From an uncultured delta proteobacterium (GTDB lineage Bacteria > Desulfobacterota > Binatia > UBA9968), in NCBI GenBank assembly GCA_963840855.1, contig CAWJBB010000035.1:1-49546 (forward strand): DNA of 49,546 bases, given 5' to 3'. Positions 30,043 to 40,063 of the stretch are shown here, in pieces. How positions within the stretch are numbered: position 1 is the stretch's first letter; each line of letters begins with the position of its first letter. The notes under the pieces were generated by a model. The model was not told the origin of the DNA, searched no databases, and saw only the letters and a list, made by a program, of their open reading frames with translations. A program made the position numbers and the translations under genes.

Positions 30043-30531
30043 GTGGACGAATTCTGCTACCAGCACGCAGGTAAGGCGAAGGCTTCGAACTGCTTCGATT
30101 GCATGCGCCCCATCTGCGTCGTCTGCGTGAAGCTGCACGGATCGCACGACTACTGCCCCGAATGTTCAGCAGCGATAGGCGCCAAGCAACTCAAGGATTT
30201 TTCGGTGTCAGGCTTTGTTAATTTGCTTGCGGCAGAGTGCTGTGTTAGAAGACCGTCATCGCCCGACGCCAGAGAGCTGCGTGGGAAGGGACGAGGCCGG
30301 GGCGAGAGTCGACTGAGAGCAGAGGCGGCCTATGTGGGTCGCGAGGTCGGCGGGATCAGCCTAACGGAGGCAGCCAAATATCTGGGACGGGATCTGAGCA
30401 CAATGTCGTTGGCGTTAAAAAGATTGCGGGAGGAGCTTGCAAGGGACAGCGGGCGGCGGATGCAGATGGAGCGGCTGTGCACCCGACTTCGCCAGGGACG
30501 GAGACGTAACTACCAAATAAGCAAAGCCTGA
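30043..30531 (+). pseudogene. B-box-like Zn-finger N-terminus fused in frame to a RAYT C-terminal HTH
   Basis: CYQH...CFDCMRPICVVC...YCPEC, then SLTEAAKYLGRDLSTMS...ISKA*. Confidence 0.6.
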
Positions 30532-30544
30532 CACTTGCGTGTGC

Positions 30545-30750
30545 ACCAGAACCCGTCTGTTCGTGATGACGCTGGGCTATAGCCGCAAAGCGGTACGCTT
30601 GCTAGTCTTCCGTTCCAGTTCGCGGGTGTGGGCCGAACTGCATGAGAAAGCGTTTCGCCGGCTCGGTGGCAGTCCGCATCTGGTGGTGCTCGACAATCTG
30701 CGTGAGGGCGTGGTTGCTGCTGACATTTACGATCCCACTTTAAATCCCCT
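30545..30750 (+). pseudogene. istA: IS21 transposase fragment
   Basis: LFVMTLGYSRK, AFRRLGG, VVLDNL, YDPTLNP. Confidence 0.85.
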
Positions 30751-31299
30751 AGTGGTCGATTTGGGGGCTACTCAGACGAGGAGCAAGATCGTATCAAGAA
30801 CGACCTGATTTCCGTTCTCCGGGAAATCAAAGTCTCAGAAGCGGATATTCATACGTCCGCGAACTGTTGGACGAAATCGATGTCGGCAAGGCGTCAAAGA
30901 ATCGCTGGATGCGGTGCTGGCCAAACCTTTGCCGCAGGAACCATGGCGGCTGCTGATAGGAATCTGGCGGCTACAGCATGGTCGACGATTTCAAGGCGTA
31001 TCCATGAATGCTGTGCTGCCAGTCCCACACGACCGCGCGGGTGTATCCATTCGTTTACACACGGCGTGAACGACGTTTCCTTTCTGCTAAAAACCATCGG
31101 GCCACGAGCTAGCGTCGCTTTTGCACTATTCGTGTGTATTCCTCGCACGTTGCACGACGATAAACGCCTTGTGCCACCGTGCCTCTGCCTTTAGGATCCC
31201 TGGCAGTTGTTTTGCATTTATCACTTGCGCAAGATCGCGTCGCAGTGGAAACGAAAAATATTAACCTACTGCACTGCTTCTCGATTGCATCCATCCGTC

Positions 31300-31328
31300 A
31301 GAGAGAAAGGGCGTTTAATTTTCTATAC
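31300..31328 (+). mobile_element. ISCR oriIS-like end, copy 3
   Basis: AAAGGGCGTTTAATTTTCTATAC. Confidence 0.6.
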
Positions 31329-31356
31329 GCACTATGCGATTTTCAGGGAGGACCTA

Positions 31357-32001
31357 ATGAGAACCGCACGACTGGCTTTTCAAGTGTTAATCGCCGTGCT
31401 ACTTTTACCCGGTCTTGTGTATGCCGACGAGGCCGACGGCGTCACAGACAAACCCAGCGTTCAACCACCCACGACTCACTCACCAACACCGTCACCTGCG
31501 GTATCACGACCGCCGCCGACTCCTGTCGTGGAAAAACAGGATACGGCTCGCTACGAAACCTGGTTGCAGGCGAAGGGCAAGGAGCCGACGGAGTCGCGCG
31601 AGGCCACCTCGCTGCGTATCGGCGATTGGGGGTTCTTCGCGCACGGTTCGGTGCCGGGGCGACCACTCGATCGCGCCGGCCTCGACAAGGCGAACCACGC
31701 GATCGAACTGGGGGAGAAGGGCGGCGACTGGTACGTCTTTCTGACCACGAAGGGTCTCGATGCCGCGGGGGCACTACGTCGCGTCGCGTGGGTCTATTAC
31801 GCGGCCGATCTCACGCCCGAGCGTGCCGCGGAGATGCCGGGGGGCGCGAAGGTCACCGCACCGACGCTCACGACCGGCACGGATGGAACCGTCACGCTCC
31901 AGGGCTGGCTGACCCATCCGCCGAGAATGAGCTCGCCGAGGCGCATCACGGTCCGGGCAACGCCGACCGGCGCTTCGTTCAAGTCCGATTCCGCGGAGTA
32001 G
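31357..32001 (+). CDS. Secreted hypothetical protein with Pro/Thr-rich linker
   Basis: GGAGG RBS; signal peptide ending VYA. Confidence 0.7.
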   Translation: MRTARLAFQVLIAVLLLPGLVYADEADGVTDKPSVQPPTTHSPTPSPAVSRPPPTPVVEKQDTARYETWLQAKGKEPTESREATSLRIGDWGFFAHGSVPGRPLDRAGLDKANHAIELGEKGGDWYVFLTTKGLDAAGALRRVAWVYYAADLTPERAAEMPGGAKVTAPTLTTGTDGTVTLQGWLTHPPRMSSPRRITVRATPTGASFKSDSAE

Positions 32002-32231
32002 TGAGCACGTTCCGGCCGTATCAAGCTACGTGCCCTGCCTGCCGCCACGAATGGCAAGTCGAGCTCGCGCGTGGCCTGCACATTACGCGGCTGCCGGATA
32101 TTCGCGAGCGGCTGCTGCGAGGGACGTTTCAGGTATTCGCCTGTCCCGCGTGCAATGCGTCCGAGACTGACCAAAGGGCGTCGCATGGCAAGCCTACAAA
32201 TCACGGAGCCTACAGGGTGAGATTGAACTGA
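32001..32231 (+). pseudogene. CpXC-like Zn-binding protein, truncated
   Basis: TCPACRH...RERLLRGTFQVFACPACN, then the pattern breaks. Confidence 0.6.
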
Positions 32232-32233
32232 AC
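32221..32233 (+). repeat. Left part of a recombination site interrupted by IS91
   Basis: GATTGAACTGAAC; continues at 34662. Confidence 0.8.
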
Positions 32234-32581
32234 GGATAGGTTTTAACCTGAATGCGAGCTGAGAGCGAATGGGTGACAGCAGTTACAGTCGGACGCATTC
32301 AGGATAAAACCCGTTGGACTAAAGCGTTGGGTGAAGCAGTGACGGATGTCTATGGGGATTGTACCGGGGAGATTGGCCAAAGCAGACGTAACAGCACGGT
32401 TGGTCGTGAGAAGACCACGCAGTCCGCGCAGTCTTTGACGCAACGATTGGTCGCGACCGGGTAGCGAAACGGAATAGTGAGTTGGCCAATAAGACGTGAA
32501 GTAATGAAACAGGTCGAACCGATGCGTGGGCTCTGGCACAGAGCGATGCAAACACACGGTCTTTTCTTCGTTGATCAATCA

Positions 32582-33647
32582 TCACGAAGAATCCCATGGT
32601 GTGGGGACGGCCAGGCCAGCAAGGAAGACCAGAGTTCCTTTGTGGCAAAGAGGGCATCGGGTGATATCGATGCCGGTGAGTTGGAGCATCAGCTCCTGAA
32701 TTGATTTCGAGGGGAGCTTGGGCAGAGCGGGATTGAGGTCCAGGAGTTGACGGCACTTTGCGAGAAGGCTTTTGGATCGGTTGGCTAGAAAACCGAAGTG
32801 ACGCACGCGCACGAAACCTTTGGGGGTCACATGGAGCAAGAAGCGGCGGATGAATTCGTGGGCATCGAGGGTCATGGTCCTTTTTCGGTCGTGATCTTTT
32901 CGGTCCCGGTAACTGAAGATGACTTCTCCGTTATGGGCTGAGAAAATCCGATCATTGGAGAGCGCCACGCGGTGCGTATAGCGGCCGAGGTAGTCAAGGA
33001 CATGGACAGGGGATTCGAAAGGTTTCTTGGCGTAGACGATCCAGGATTTTTTTCTCAATGCTTTGATCAGGAGGTGAAAGGCTACGGCATGAGCCAGACA
33101 GGCGCTCTGACCGACAAATAGGAGCGTGTTTTGCGCGAAAGCCTTTTTGAGCAAGTCGAGAAACTTACCCTGGAAAACGATGCTCAGGGCTTTAACAGGG
33201 AAGAGAAAATCTTTCCGGGCTGGAGTCCAGCGCTTTTGATCGAACGACAGAGCTCCAGCGGGGACCAGACAATGGAGATGAAAATGATCCAACAGGGTCT
33301 GGTCCCAAGTATGGAGCACCGTGATGAAACCGATTTGTCCACCAAGACGAGTGTGGCCGAAATCAACGAGCGTTTCCCCAACGGCTTTGAAGAGATGACC
33401 TAAAAGAATCTTTTTGTTGGTCAGTATCAGACCATTGAGTTCGTGCGGCAAGGTGAATACCAGAGTCGCAGCGCTCGATGTGGCCGCCCAGGGCCGCCGT
33501 GCGGCAGCGCTCCACGGCCTCGATGACTTTGAGATGCGAAACCGGCAACGGCTGGTTGCGGCGATACGACTCGCCATAGGCACGAAAGATATCGGCCAGT
33601 TCAGCGCCGCTTCTTGCCGCTGCCGCCTGATCCGCGACAGCTCGCAT
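32582..33647 (-). pseudogene. IS91 transposase with deletion/frameshift near 33462
   Basis: CRTAALGGH N-terminus joined out of frame to VFTLPH, LHTW, HFHLH, YLGRYTHR; the family Zn-binding segment is missing. Confidence 0.88.
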
Positions 33648-33660
33648 GAAGCTCAGCCCA

Positions 33661-34503
33661 TCAGTGAGGGAGCTGGAGCCGGTCCAGGGGACTCACGGCA
33701 GAATCCACGTTCTGTGGCCGTAGCCTCAAGTACCGCTGGGTGGACAGAAGGGAGGTGTGCCCCATCAAAAACTGGATCGAGCGCAGATCCACACTCGCCT
33801 CCAGGAGATGCGTGGCAAAACAGGCACGAAGGCTGTGAATCCCATGGCCCTTCTTAAGCCCTGCTCTTCTCTTCGCCGAGCGGAAGATGTGCCAGGCTTC
33901 CCCTCGGCTTAACGGGCCGTTCTTGGCTCGGTTGGGGAAAAGCCAGATGGAAGGCCGGTAGCGTTTCCAGTACTGGCGTAACTCCACAAGAAGGTTCTGC
34001 GACAAGATGCCATAGCGGTCCTTGCCGCCTTTACCCCGTTTTACACGAAGAGTCATGCGCGCAGCATCGATGTCGGCGAGCTTGAGATTGACCAACTCGC
34101 CGACTCGGAGTCCTGCCGCATAGGCGGTCATCAGTAAAACACGCTGCTTGAGACCTCGGGCCGCACCGATCAAGCGCACGACTTCGTCCGGACTGAACAC
34201 CTCGGGCAGAGGTGAAGGCTTCTTTCTCGGAGGGATAAACAGCTTGTTCTCATCCCACCCCAAAGTTTCATTGTAGAAAAACCGTAACCCACAACAGTAC
34301 CCCGTCAGACTATTCGGCGACAGCTTCCGTTCCACCGTGAGGTGCACCAAAAAAGCTCGGATGTCCTCCTTGCTGAGCTGATCCGGTGATTTGTGGTGAT
34401 ACCTGGCCAGTCGGCTTACCGCGTAGACGTAAGACTCCTGTGTTGCTGGAGAGAAGTTCCGCAGCTTCATCTCCTCGATCATTCGGTCACGTAAAACTCC
34501 CAT
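33661..34503 (-). CDS. Tyrosine recombinase (integrase)
   Basis: YAAGLRVGE, GKGGKDR, HSLR, MGH, TQRY. Confidence 0.93.
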   Translation of the reverse strand: MGVLRDRMIEEMKLRNFSPATQESYVYAVSRLARYHHKSPDQLSKEDIRAFLVHLTVERKLSPNSLTGYCCGLRFFYNETLGWDENKLFIPPRKKPSPLPEVFSPDEVVRLIGAARGLKQRVLLMTAYAAGLRVGELVNLKLADIDAARMTLRVKRGKGGKDRYGILSQNLLVELRQYWKRYRPSIWLFPNRAKNGPLSRGEAWHIFRSAKRRAGLKKGHGIHSLRACFATHLLEASVDLRSIQFLMGHTSLLSTQRYLRLRPQNVDSAVSPLDRLQLPH

Positions 34504-34661
34504 AATTGCCTCCTTGAATTAATTTGATCCACGGAGGCTACCACCGCGCACACGCAAAGAGTCAAAGGAAAAGATTGATGAAAAGTGACCGCGGGCGGAC
34601 TACTGAAAGTACATCGATGGCACGGACCTCTTCCCCCCACCGCGAAGCGGTTTAGTCCAAC

Positions 34662-34714
34662 GACGCAACGGACAAATCTCATAGGATTTGTTAGATGGAG
34701 AAATCAGTTCAATC
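34662..34714 (+). repeat. Compound recombination site, right part
   Basis: (C)GACGC-AACGGACAAATC-tcatag-GATTTGTTAGAT-GGAGAA-ATCAGTTCAATC. Confidence 0.78.
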
Positions 34715-34808
34715 CTAGCATCGCGCTTTTTCTTCGATCAGAACGTGATAAATATAGTTGGCTAGAAGGGTGAGGTCAGCTTTTCCGAAGTCACGCGAGG
34801 TTTGGGCC

Positions 34809-35720
34809 ATGCTGCGAAACCACATCTTGCGTATCGACGATCCCGCCGCCGCGAAGCGTTGGCGCATGTTCTGGCTGTTCGTTTCGCTGATCGTGCCCAC
34901 GCCGCTCGTCTACATTCTGGCCTCTCAAATGGCACTCTTCCGCGGCCTGCCCGTGTTTGCTCCGGCGGATTGGGTTGTGGCACGCACCACCGAAGCGGAC
35001 GGCGATATGACGCTGTCGGGCCTCTTTTTTGTTGTGGGACTGTTCGCCATTACGCTCGCGCTGTATTTTGGCGCCGACCATTTAAAGCGGTTGTACGGGC
35101 AGCGCCACGACGATTTGCGCGCCGAAGCCCTCTTCGCGAGGATCTCCGGCGGCGCCGATGCGGATGAGCCCTTCGTCCTTTATCTGCGGCCTTTCGGCTC
35201 TACCGCCGCTTTCAAGGTTCGCGTGCGCTACGGCAAAGCGGTGCGTGTCTATGAGCTGGAAGAGGAGCTGTCGCGCGCGGCGCGGCCGTTCGGGCCGTTG
35301 ATCGCGCTTGGCGAGAGCCTTGAACATGTCGGAGCGGGCCGCATCAAGTCTACCGACGCCAACTGGCAGGAGGCCGTCGGTCGCCTGATGTGCAAGGCCT
35401 TGCTCATTGTCATCGTTCCCTCCTCGCGCCCTGGCACGCTCTGGGAGATCCAGCACCTGCTCGCAGAGAACTATATTGCGAAGACGGTATTTATCGACGC
35501 GCCGACCGCGAGCGCCACACCCTTCGCGCAGGAGGTGGAATGGGGCGACATCGGCCGGCTTCTGTCCAGCCGCGGGTACCAATGGCCCGCCGACGATCCG
35601 AAAGGGCGCCTCATCTTCTTCGGCGCATCGAAAAGCCCCCAGATCAGTGAGCCGCTGAATTTCCACGGATCGACCTTCTTGCGTGCTGCGGTCAAGCGCG
35701 TCATCGCGCTCGCTGCTTGA
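34809..35720 (+). CDS. Hypothetical membrane protein with C-terminal alpha/beta domain
   Basis: Two hydrophobic helices; PFVLYLRPF, GAGRI, WQ, PGTLWEI; start uncertain. Confidence 0.65.
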   Translation: MLRNHILRIDDPAAAKRWRMFWLFVSLIVPTPLVYILASQMALFRGLPVFAPADWVVARTTEADGDMTLSGLFFVVGLFAITLALYFGADHLKRLYGQRHDDLRAEALFARISGGADADEPFVLYLRPFGSTAAFKVRVRYGKAVRVYELEEELSRAARPFGPLIALGESLEHVGAGRIKSTDANWQEAVGRLMCKALLIVIVPSSRPGTLWEIQHLLAENYIAKTVFIDAPTASATPFAQEVEWGDIGRLLSSRGYQWPADDPKGRLIFFGASKSPQISEPLNFHGSTFLRAAVKRVIALAA

Positions 35721-35829
35721 GCGCGCGTTAATCAGTTCCTCGACATTGACAGTGGTTTTTCCGGCAATCTGCGCCCGATCGGGACCCGGCGAGCCATCGA
35801 CTTTAGCCTCTCCTGAAAAACCCACTTCC

Positions 35830-35880
35830 CGCTCTTGAGAATCTTATCGACGTGTGTAGCAACACGCGGGAAAAGGCAAC
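35830..35880 (-). pseudogene. Short remnant of an ABC_sub_bind gene
   Basis: LFPRVATHVDKILKSGK resembles RAATYVDKILKGAK. Confidence 0.55.
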
Positions 35881-36001
35881 TTGAAGCCGAGACCCACAGT
35901 TCTCGCCGAAGACGGCATCGGCGGAATTTTGAGCCCGGCATTAGGCACAGTTCACATCAGCACCCAAGTTTTGCTGAATCGGAAGCTTAAAGACGGTGCC
36001 G

Positions 36002-36057
36002 CGACGTGTCAGTTAGATGCGGCGTAGGATTGGTTCGTTGGAGAATTCAGTTCAATC
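36002..36057 (+). repeat. Compound recombination site lacking its first arm
   Basis: CGACGT-GTCAGTTAGATG-8 nt-GATTGGTTCGTT-GGAGAA-TTCAGTTCAATC. Confidence 0.75.
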
Positions 36058-36084
36058 CTGGCAGCGCAGCTTCGTTTTCGTCGA

Positions 36085-37068
36085 TCACCTAATCACTTTA
36101 TCCGCCCGCGCCAGCACATTCGGCGGAATCGTGAGACCGATCTGCTTCGCTGCTTTCAGATTGATGATGAACTCGAACTTTATCGGTTGCTCGACGGGGA
36201 GGTCGGCTGGTTTAGTGCCTTTGAGTATCTTGTCTACGTAAGTGGCCGCGCGCCGGTCCAGGTTGAGGAGGCTCACGCCGTAGGACATAAGCCCACCGGC
36301 TTCGACGTACCGGGGTTCGTGGTATATCGCCGGGAGTCGGTTCTTTACCGCGAGGTCTGCAATCTGTGCCCTCTGAGCACCAAGGATGCCGCTCGCTAGT
36401 ACGAGGACTCCGTCCGCCCGCCCCTTGCTCACTGCTTGAAATGTATTCTCAATATTGTTGAAACCTAAAACGTCGAGATGTTGAAGCGTCACTCCGAACG
36501 CCTTCGCGGCGAGTTCCAGCTCTCTCATTTGTCCGCCGGCAAAGCTGGTTGAAACCCGGAGGACGGCCAAGCGAGAGAGTTTGGGGACGACCTCTTTCAG
36601 AACCTCCAATCGTTTACCGTTTAGCTCCGGGGCAAGAGCGGACAGTCCCGTGATGTTTCCACCAGGCCGCGCCAGGCTGGCGATGATACCGTCGCCAACG
36701 GGATCGGCATCGTTGGTCATGACAATGGGAATCGTATTGGTCGCTTCCTTGACGGCACGGGTTGCGGTTGAACCGCTCGTGACGATGACGTCAAATGTGA
36801 GACGCACCATTTCGGCCGCGAGTGCCGGAAGGCGCTCGAGTTTTCCGTCAGCGGATCGCCAATCAATAACGATGTTTTTACCCTCCACGTAGTGAAGGTC
36901 GCGCAGTCCCTGGCGGAATGCCTCGTGGCGGGCCGTGTTAGCGGAAAGGGAGACACCCCCTAGGTATCCAATCCGCGGGACTTTCTTCGGCTGCTGCGCG
37001 TCGGCTATGACTCCAATAGCAAGTAGAATCACTACGAACAGGATTGACGAGACACCAGCTTTTTTCAT
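36085..37068 (-). CDS. Orphan ABC substrate-binding protein (ABC_sub_bind type)
   Basis: AQQPKKVPRIGYL, SLARPGGNITG, ADLPVEQP; alternative start 37080. Confidence 0.92.
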   Translation of the reverse strand: MKKAGVSSILFVVILLAIGVIADAQQPKKVPRIGYLGGVSLSANTARHEAFRQGLRDLHYVEGKNIVIDWRSADGKLERLPALAAEMVRLTFDVIVTSGSTATRAVKEATNTIPIVMTNDADPVGDGIIASLARPGGNITGLSALAPELNGKRLEVLKEVVPKLSRLAVLRVSTSFAGGQMRELELAAKAFGVTLQHLDVLGFNNIENTFQAVSKGRADGVLVLASGILGAQRAQIADLAVKNRLPAIYHEPRYVEAGGLMSYGVSLLNLDRRAATYVDKILKGTKPADLPVEQPIKFEFIINLKAAKQIGLTIPPNVLARADKVIR

Positions 37069-37172
37069 TGCAGACACCATTTGCGCATTATGCGGAAGGT
37101 AGCAGAGAAAAGTGGCATTTACGACACAAGGCGAAAGGTATTAGTTGAGTGGGAAGGCCAGAATCAGCCTAA

Positions 37173-37238
37173 GATTGAACTGAACGACGCAACGGACAAA
37201 TCTCACGGTATCGATATGTGGGAGAATTCAATTAAATT
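37173..37238 (+). repeat. Complete compound recombination site
   Basis: GATTGAACTGAA-CGACGC-AACGGACAAATC-tcacgg-TATCGATATGTG-GGAGAA-TTCAATTAAATT. Confidence 0.78.
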
Positions 37239-37540
37239 ACACAATAACGTTGTGCTCGTAACGCGCGTGTTATGCCGCCCCGAGGGTTCATTCCAAAGAC
37301 TTATTCGCTCCTGGAGGCAAGTCCGGTCCAGAGCGAGCGAACGATGGCGCGAATGATCGATTCATCGAACTTGCCACCGTGCACGCCCAGCCGTTCGGGA
37401 TCCCTTTGCACTAAGACCCCCAAGACGGCAATTGAACGAAGTCCGGCGCTCGGCCCGAAAAAATCGTGATGAGGTTGCAAACCTATAAAGGCTGGAAGCG
37501 GTAGCAGACCAACGAGGCAGTCTGAGGCATCATTTGCATC

Positions 37541-37675
37541 CTATTCGGATACGGCTCTTTTCAAACCTCTCCCAAGGTTCTGTATATCTTCCCCAATGCC
37601 GTGAAGCGTTGCGCATCCTTCTAAGACGAAGACGACGAAGAGCAACGCCCAGAGAAGCAACATTTTCTTTTTCAT
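37541..37675 (-). CDS. Entericidin EcnA/B-family lipoprotein
   Basis: LEGC lipobox, ATLHGIGEDIQNLG; GGAGG RBS. Confidence 0.8.
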   Translation of the reverse strand: MKKKMLLLWALLFVVFVLEGCATLHGIGEDIQNLGRGLKRAVSE

Positions 37676-37759
37676 TTTTGCCTCCAAGGCCGAGCACGGT
37701 TTCTGTTCTCTTAATAGCCTAACATTGATGATCAAGCAGCCAGAACTTAAAAGCGAACT

Positions 37760-38191
37760 TTAACCGCCATGGATGAGCCCAATCACGTCTTCGATGATGT
37801 CGAGGATGCGCTCTGTGCGCCGGTCGATGAGAATGACATTGCGTTCGAGGATCACCCGCTCCCAATGTTCCGGCAAACGCGGCAGGCGTCTATCCAAATG
37901 AACCGGAAGCGGCTGCAACCGTTTTTGTAGGCCTGGCGGCAGCTTGCCATCTCTATCTAGCTTCTTTTGTAAACCCGGCGGCAGGTTCCCACCCCGTTTA
38001 GCCAACCCTGGTGGTAAGCCCTTCTGCTTAGCTTTTTTGCTCTTGTGGTAATATTCTTCGATGATCCGCCGTTCTTCCGGCAGAAAGCGCTCCGCCCGAT
38101 TCGTATCGAGCGCCGCGACCGGATCTCGATGGCAGAGCGACGCTGCCACGAAGAGAGAGAACATTAGAAAGGATCTTCTCTGTAGCTTCAT
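37760..38191 (-). CDS. Secreted protein with LPPGL repeats (RcnB-like)
   Basis: Signal peptide; three LPPGLxK repeats. Confidence 0.7.
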   Translation of the reverse strand: MKLQRRSFLMFSLFVAASLCHRDPVAALDTNRAERFLPEERRIIEEYYHKSKKAKQKGLPPGLAKRGGNLPPGLQKKLDRDGKLPPGLQKRLQPLPVHLDRRLPRLPEHWERVILERNVILIDRRTERILDIIEDVIGLIHGG

Positions 38192-38736
38192 AATCCGTTT
38201 CCTTCCGCCGATTCAGAACTGAATATTGCTAGTCTATTTGTTATGGCCGTTGCCATGCGCTGCGCCACTTCCGCCGCCTTGGGGAAACAACTCCCCTGGA
38301 TGTGCCGGCGGTACAGCCGCTGAAGAGCAGTACCGACGGGAGCAAACATACGGCCTGGAATAAAGTGCGATTGTTGTTCATATGCCGCCAAAGAGACGCA
38401 ATAAGCACACCAAAGTCTTTGCCAGCAATTTTGGTCGATTTTGGAAAGATCTCGGCAACTATCCGGTAAAAAAGGCTATTCTCACGCGACGAAAAACGTA
38501 ATCTTTACATATCGAATCGATTTACGTCACACCTCACCCGTGAGAATTGGCAAAATATAGTGGGATTTCGTCTTTCGGCTGCAAGGTTACTGTGGCTGGT
38601 AAGTGCCGCTGAAGCTTATTTGGAAGCTGGGGTAAGGCGTTGTATGCGGCCGGGATCGATCCCAATTTGTATTTTGTGCATCACAAGTGGCGGAAAGCGG
38701 CGTAATTCTCCCTTCAACGCTGCACGGAATTAGCAG

Positions 38737-38766
38737 CTTTTGGTAGATGGAGAAATCAGTTCAATC
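38737..38766 (+). repeat. Putative recombination site (GGAGAA spacer)
   Basis: CTTTTGGTAGAT-GGAGAA-ATCAGTTCAATC. Confidence 0.75.
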
Positions 38767-38794
38767 CTGTAATCGCCGCTTGGTTTTTCTGCCA

Positions 38795-39025
38795 TCACTT
38801 GATCAACTTGGTCGCCCGCGCGACCACCTCCGGTGGGATCGTCAGGCCGATCTGATTCGCTGTCTTGAGATTAATCACCAGCTCGAACTTCGTCGGTTGC
38901 TCCACCGGAAGATCAGCGGCCTTGGCTCCCTTCAGAATCCTGTCCACGTAGTATGCGACGCGCCGGTAGCTCTCCGCGGGGTCCGCCCCGTAGTACATGA
39001 GCCCACCGGCATCTGCAAATTTTTG
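38795..39025 (-). pseudogene. 3' fragment of an ABC_sub_bind gene
   Basis: FADAGGLMYYG...ADLPVEQPTKF...ATKLIK; 5' part absent. Confidence 0.85.
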
Positions 39026-39067
39026 ACGATAAGATGAGAGGATCTCCTGCGTTACTATTTCGTTCAT

Positions 39068-40063
39068 TTACTTCTTCTTTGAAGCAACCTTGATGGGAGC
39101 TGGAGTCGCCACAAACCCGTGGGTTTCCCCATTGATGTCGTACCGCCCGACGAATTGCCCGTCATTATTCATCCCGCCAAGATGATTTAGCCACGCACCC
39201 TCGGGCAGCTTGATGTCGTAAACTATACCATCATCATAGAAACCCAACTTGGAACTGGTCCCATCGTTGGGCTCCATTACTGCTAGGATCGCGCCGTCGT
39301 TATTCATATCAACAGCGTACCAGAATGGCCGTCCACCCTCTAAGTCCTGTAATAGTGCTAAAGGCACACTGACAACCCCGTTGTCATAAACAAAGAAGCC
39401 ACGCTCTAGATACTCGCCAAACTCATTGAAGATGATATGTTCACCCAATACCTGTCCGCGCCTGTTAACCGCAAAGCAGTTAACGTAGGTTGATGGTTCA
39501 GCTCCAGGAAACGGGTCAATCTGGCGGTAAGCGCCGCCTCGGGAATCCCATAAAAAACAATGCGTGCTGAAGTCCTGCGCCCAGAACTGTCCCACAACAT
39601 AACGCCCGTTTGGGCTTACTCCCTGAGCAAAAGTATAATAAGCGCCGGGGTAATCGAGCAGAGTTAATTGACCGTCGGGCCGCTTTATAAACCCCGACCA
39701 AGCATCATCGCCCGTTTTACAGAATCCTGCGACATCTCCCCAGTTGCTAATTCCCTGTCCCTCTGTGTGAATACTGCCTGGGCAAAAATGCGCTTTCGGT
39801 TTTAAGCCTCGCCTGTTGGTCGTGATAGCGCCCAAACCGCTAGGAAAGTTGGCACCGGCCAAGATTTCGCCGTGGTCATTTATGTCGATCATCTCTGACC
39901 CGGATACTTGCCCCGGTGCCACTATATTTAGTGTCTTGAACTGATAACCGATCTCCGCCGCCCCGGCGCTTGTCGCCAAGAATACCGCCGCACCCACCGC
40001 TAAAACTAATGCCGGCAGGAATAGCAACGGCATCATGCGAAATATTTTTCCTCGGTATTTCAA
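39068..40063 (-). CDS. Secreted repeat protein (HAF-repeat-like, likely beta-propeller)
   Basis: Repeats INDHGEI, ISNWGDV, VNRRGQV, MNNDGQFVG, THGFV; signal peptide. Confidence 0.7.
   Translation of the reverse strand: MKYRGKIFRMMPLLFLPALVLAVGAAVFLATSAGAAEIGYQFKTLNIVAPGQVSGSEMIDINDHGEILAGANFPSGLGAITTNRRGLKPKAHFCPGSIHTEGQGISNWGDVAGFCKTGDDAWSGFIKRPDGQLTLLDYPGAYYTFAQGVSPNGRYVVGQFWAQDFSTHCFLWDSRGGAYRQIDPFPGAEPSTYVNCFAVNRRGQVLGEHIIFNEFGEYLERGFFVYDNGVVSVPLALLQDLEGGRPFWYAVDMNNDGAILAVMEPNDGTSSKLGFYDDGIVYDIKLPEGAWLNHLGGMNNDGQFVGRYDINGETHGFVATPAPIKVASKKK

Larger units (their letters stand above)
32234..34661 (-). mobile_element. IS91-family element carrying a tyrosine recombinase and Y2 transposase
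   Basis: oriIS-like GGTTAAAACCTATCC followed by GTTC target; other end GTTGGACTAAACCGCTTCGCGGT hairpin; flanks rejoin to match 37173.. Confidence 0.88.

Noticed and set aside
33661-34503. Integron integrase with attC array
   Set aside because: At 280 aa it shows no evident IntI-specific insertion, it lies inside an IS91 element, and the repeated sites have arm-spacer-arm form rather than attC boxes
38690-38722. Inverted extra site (GTTGAAGGGAGAATT on minus strand)
   Set aside because: Spacer is 7 nt and the arms match poorly
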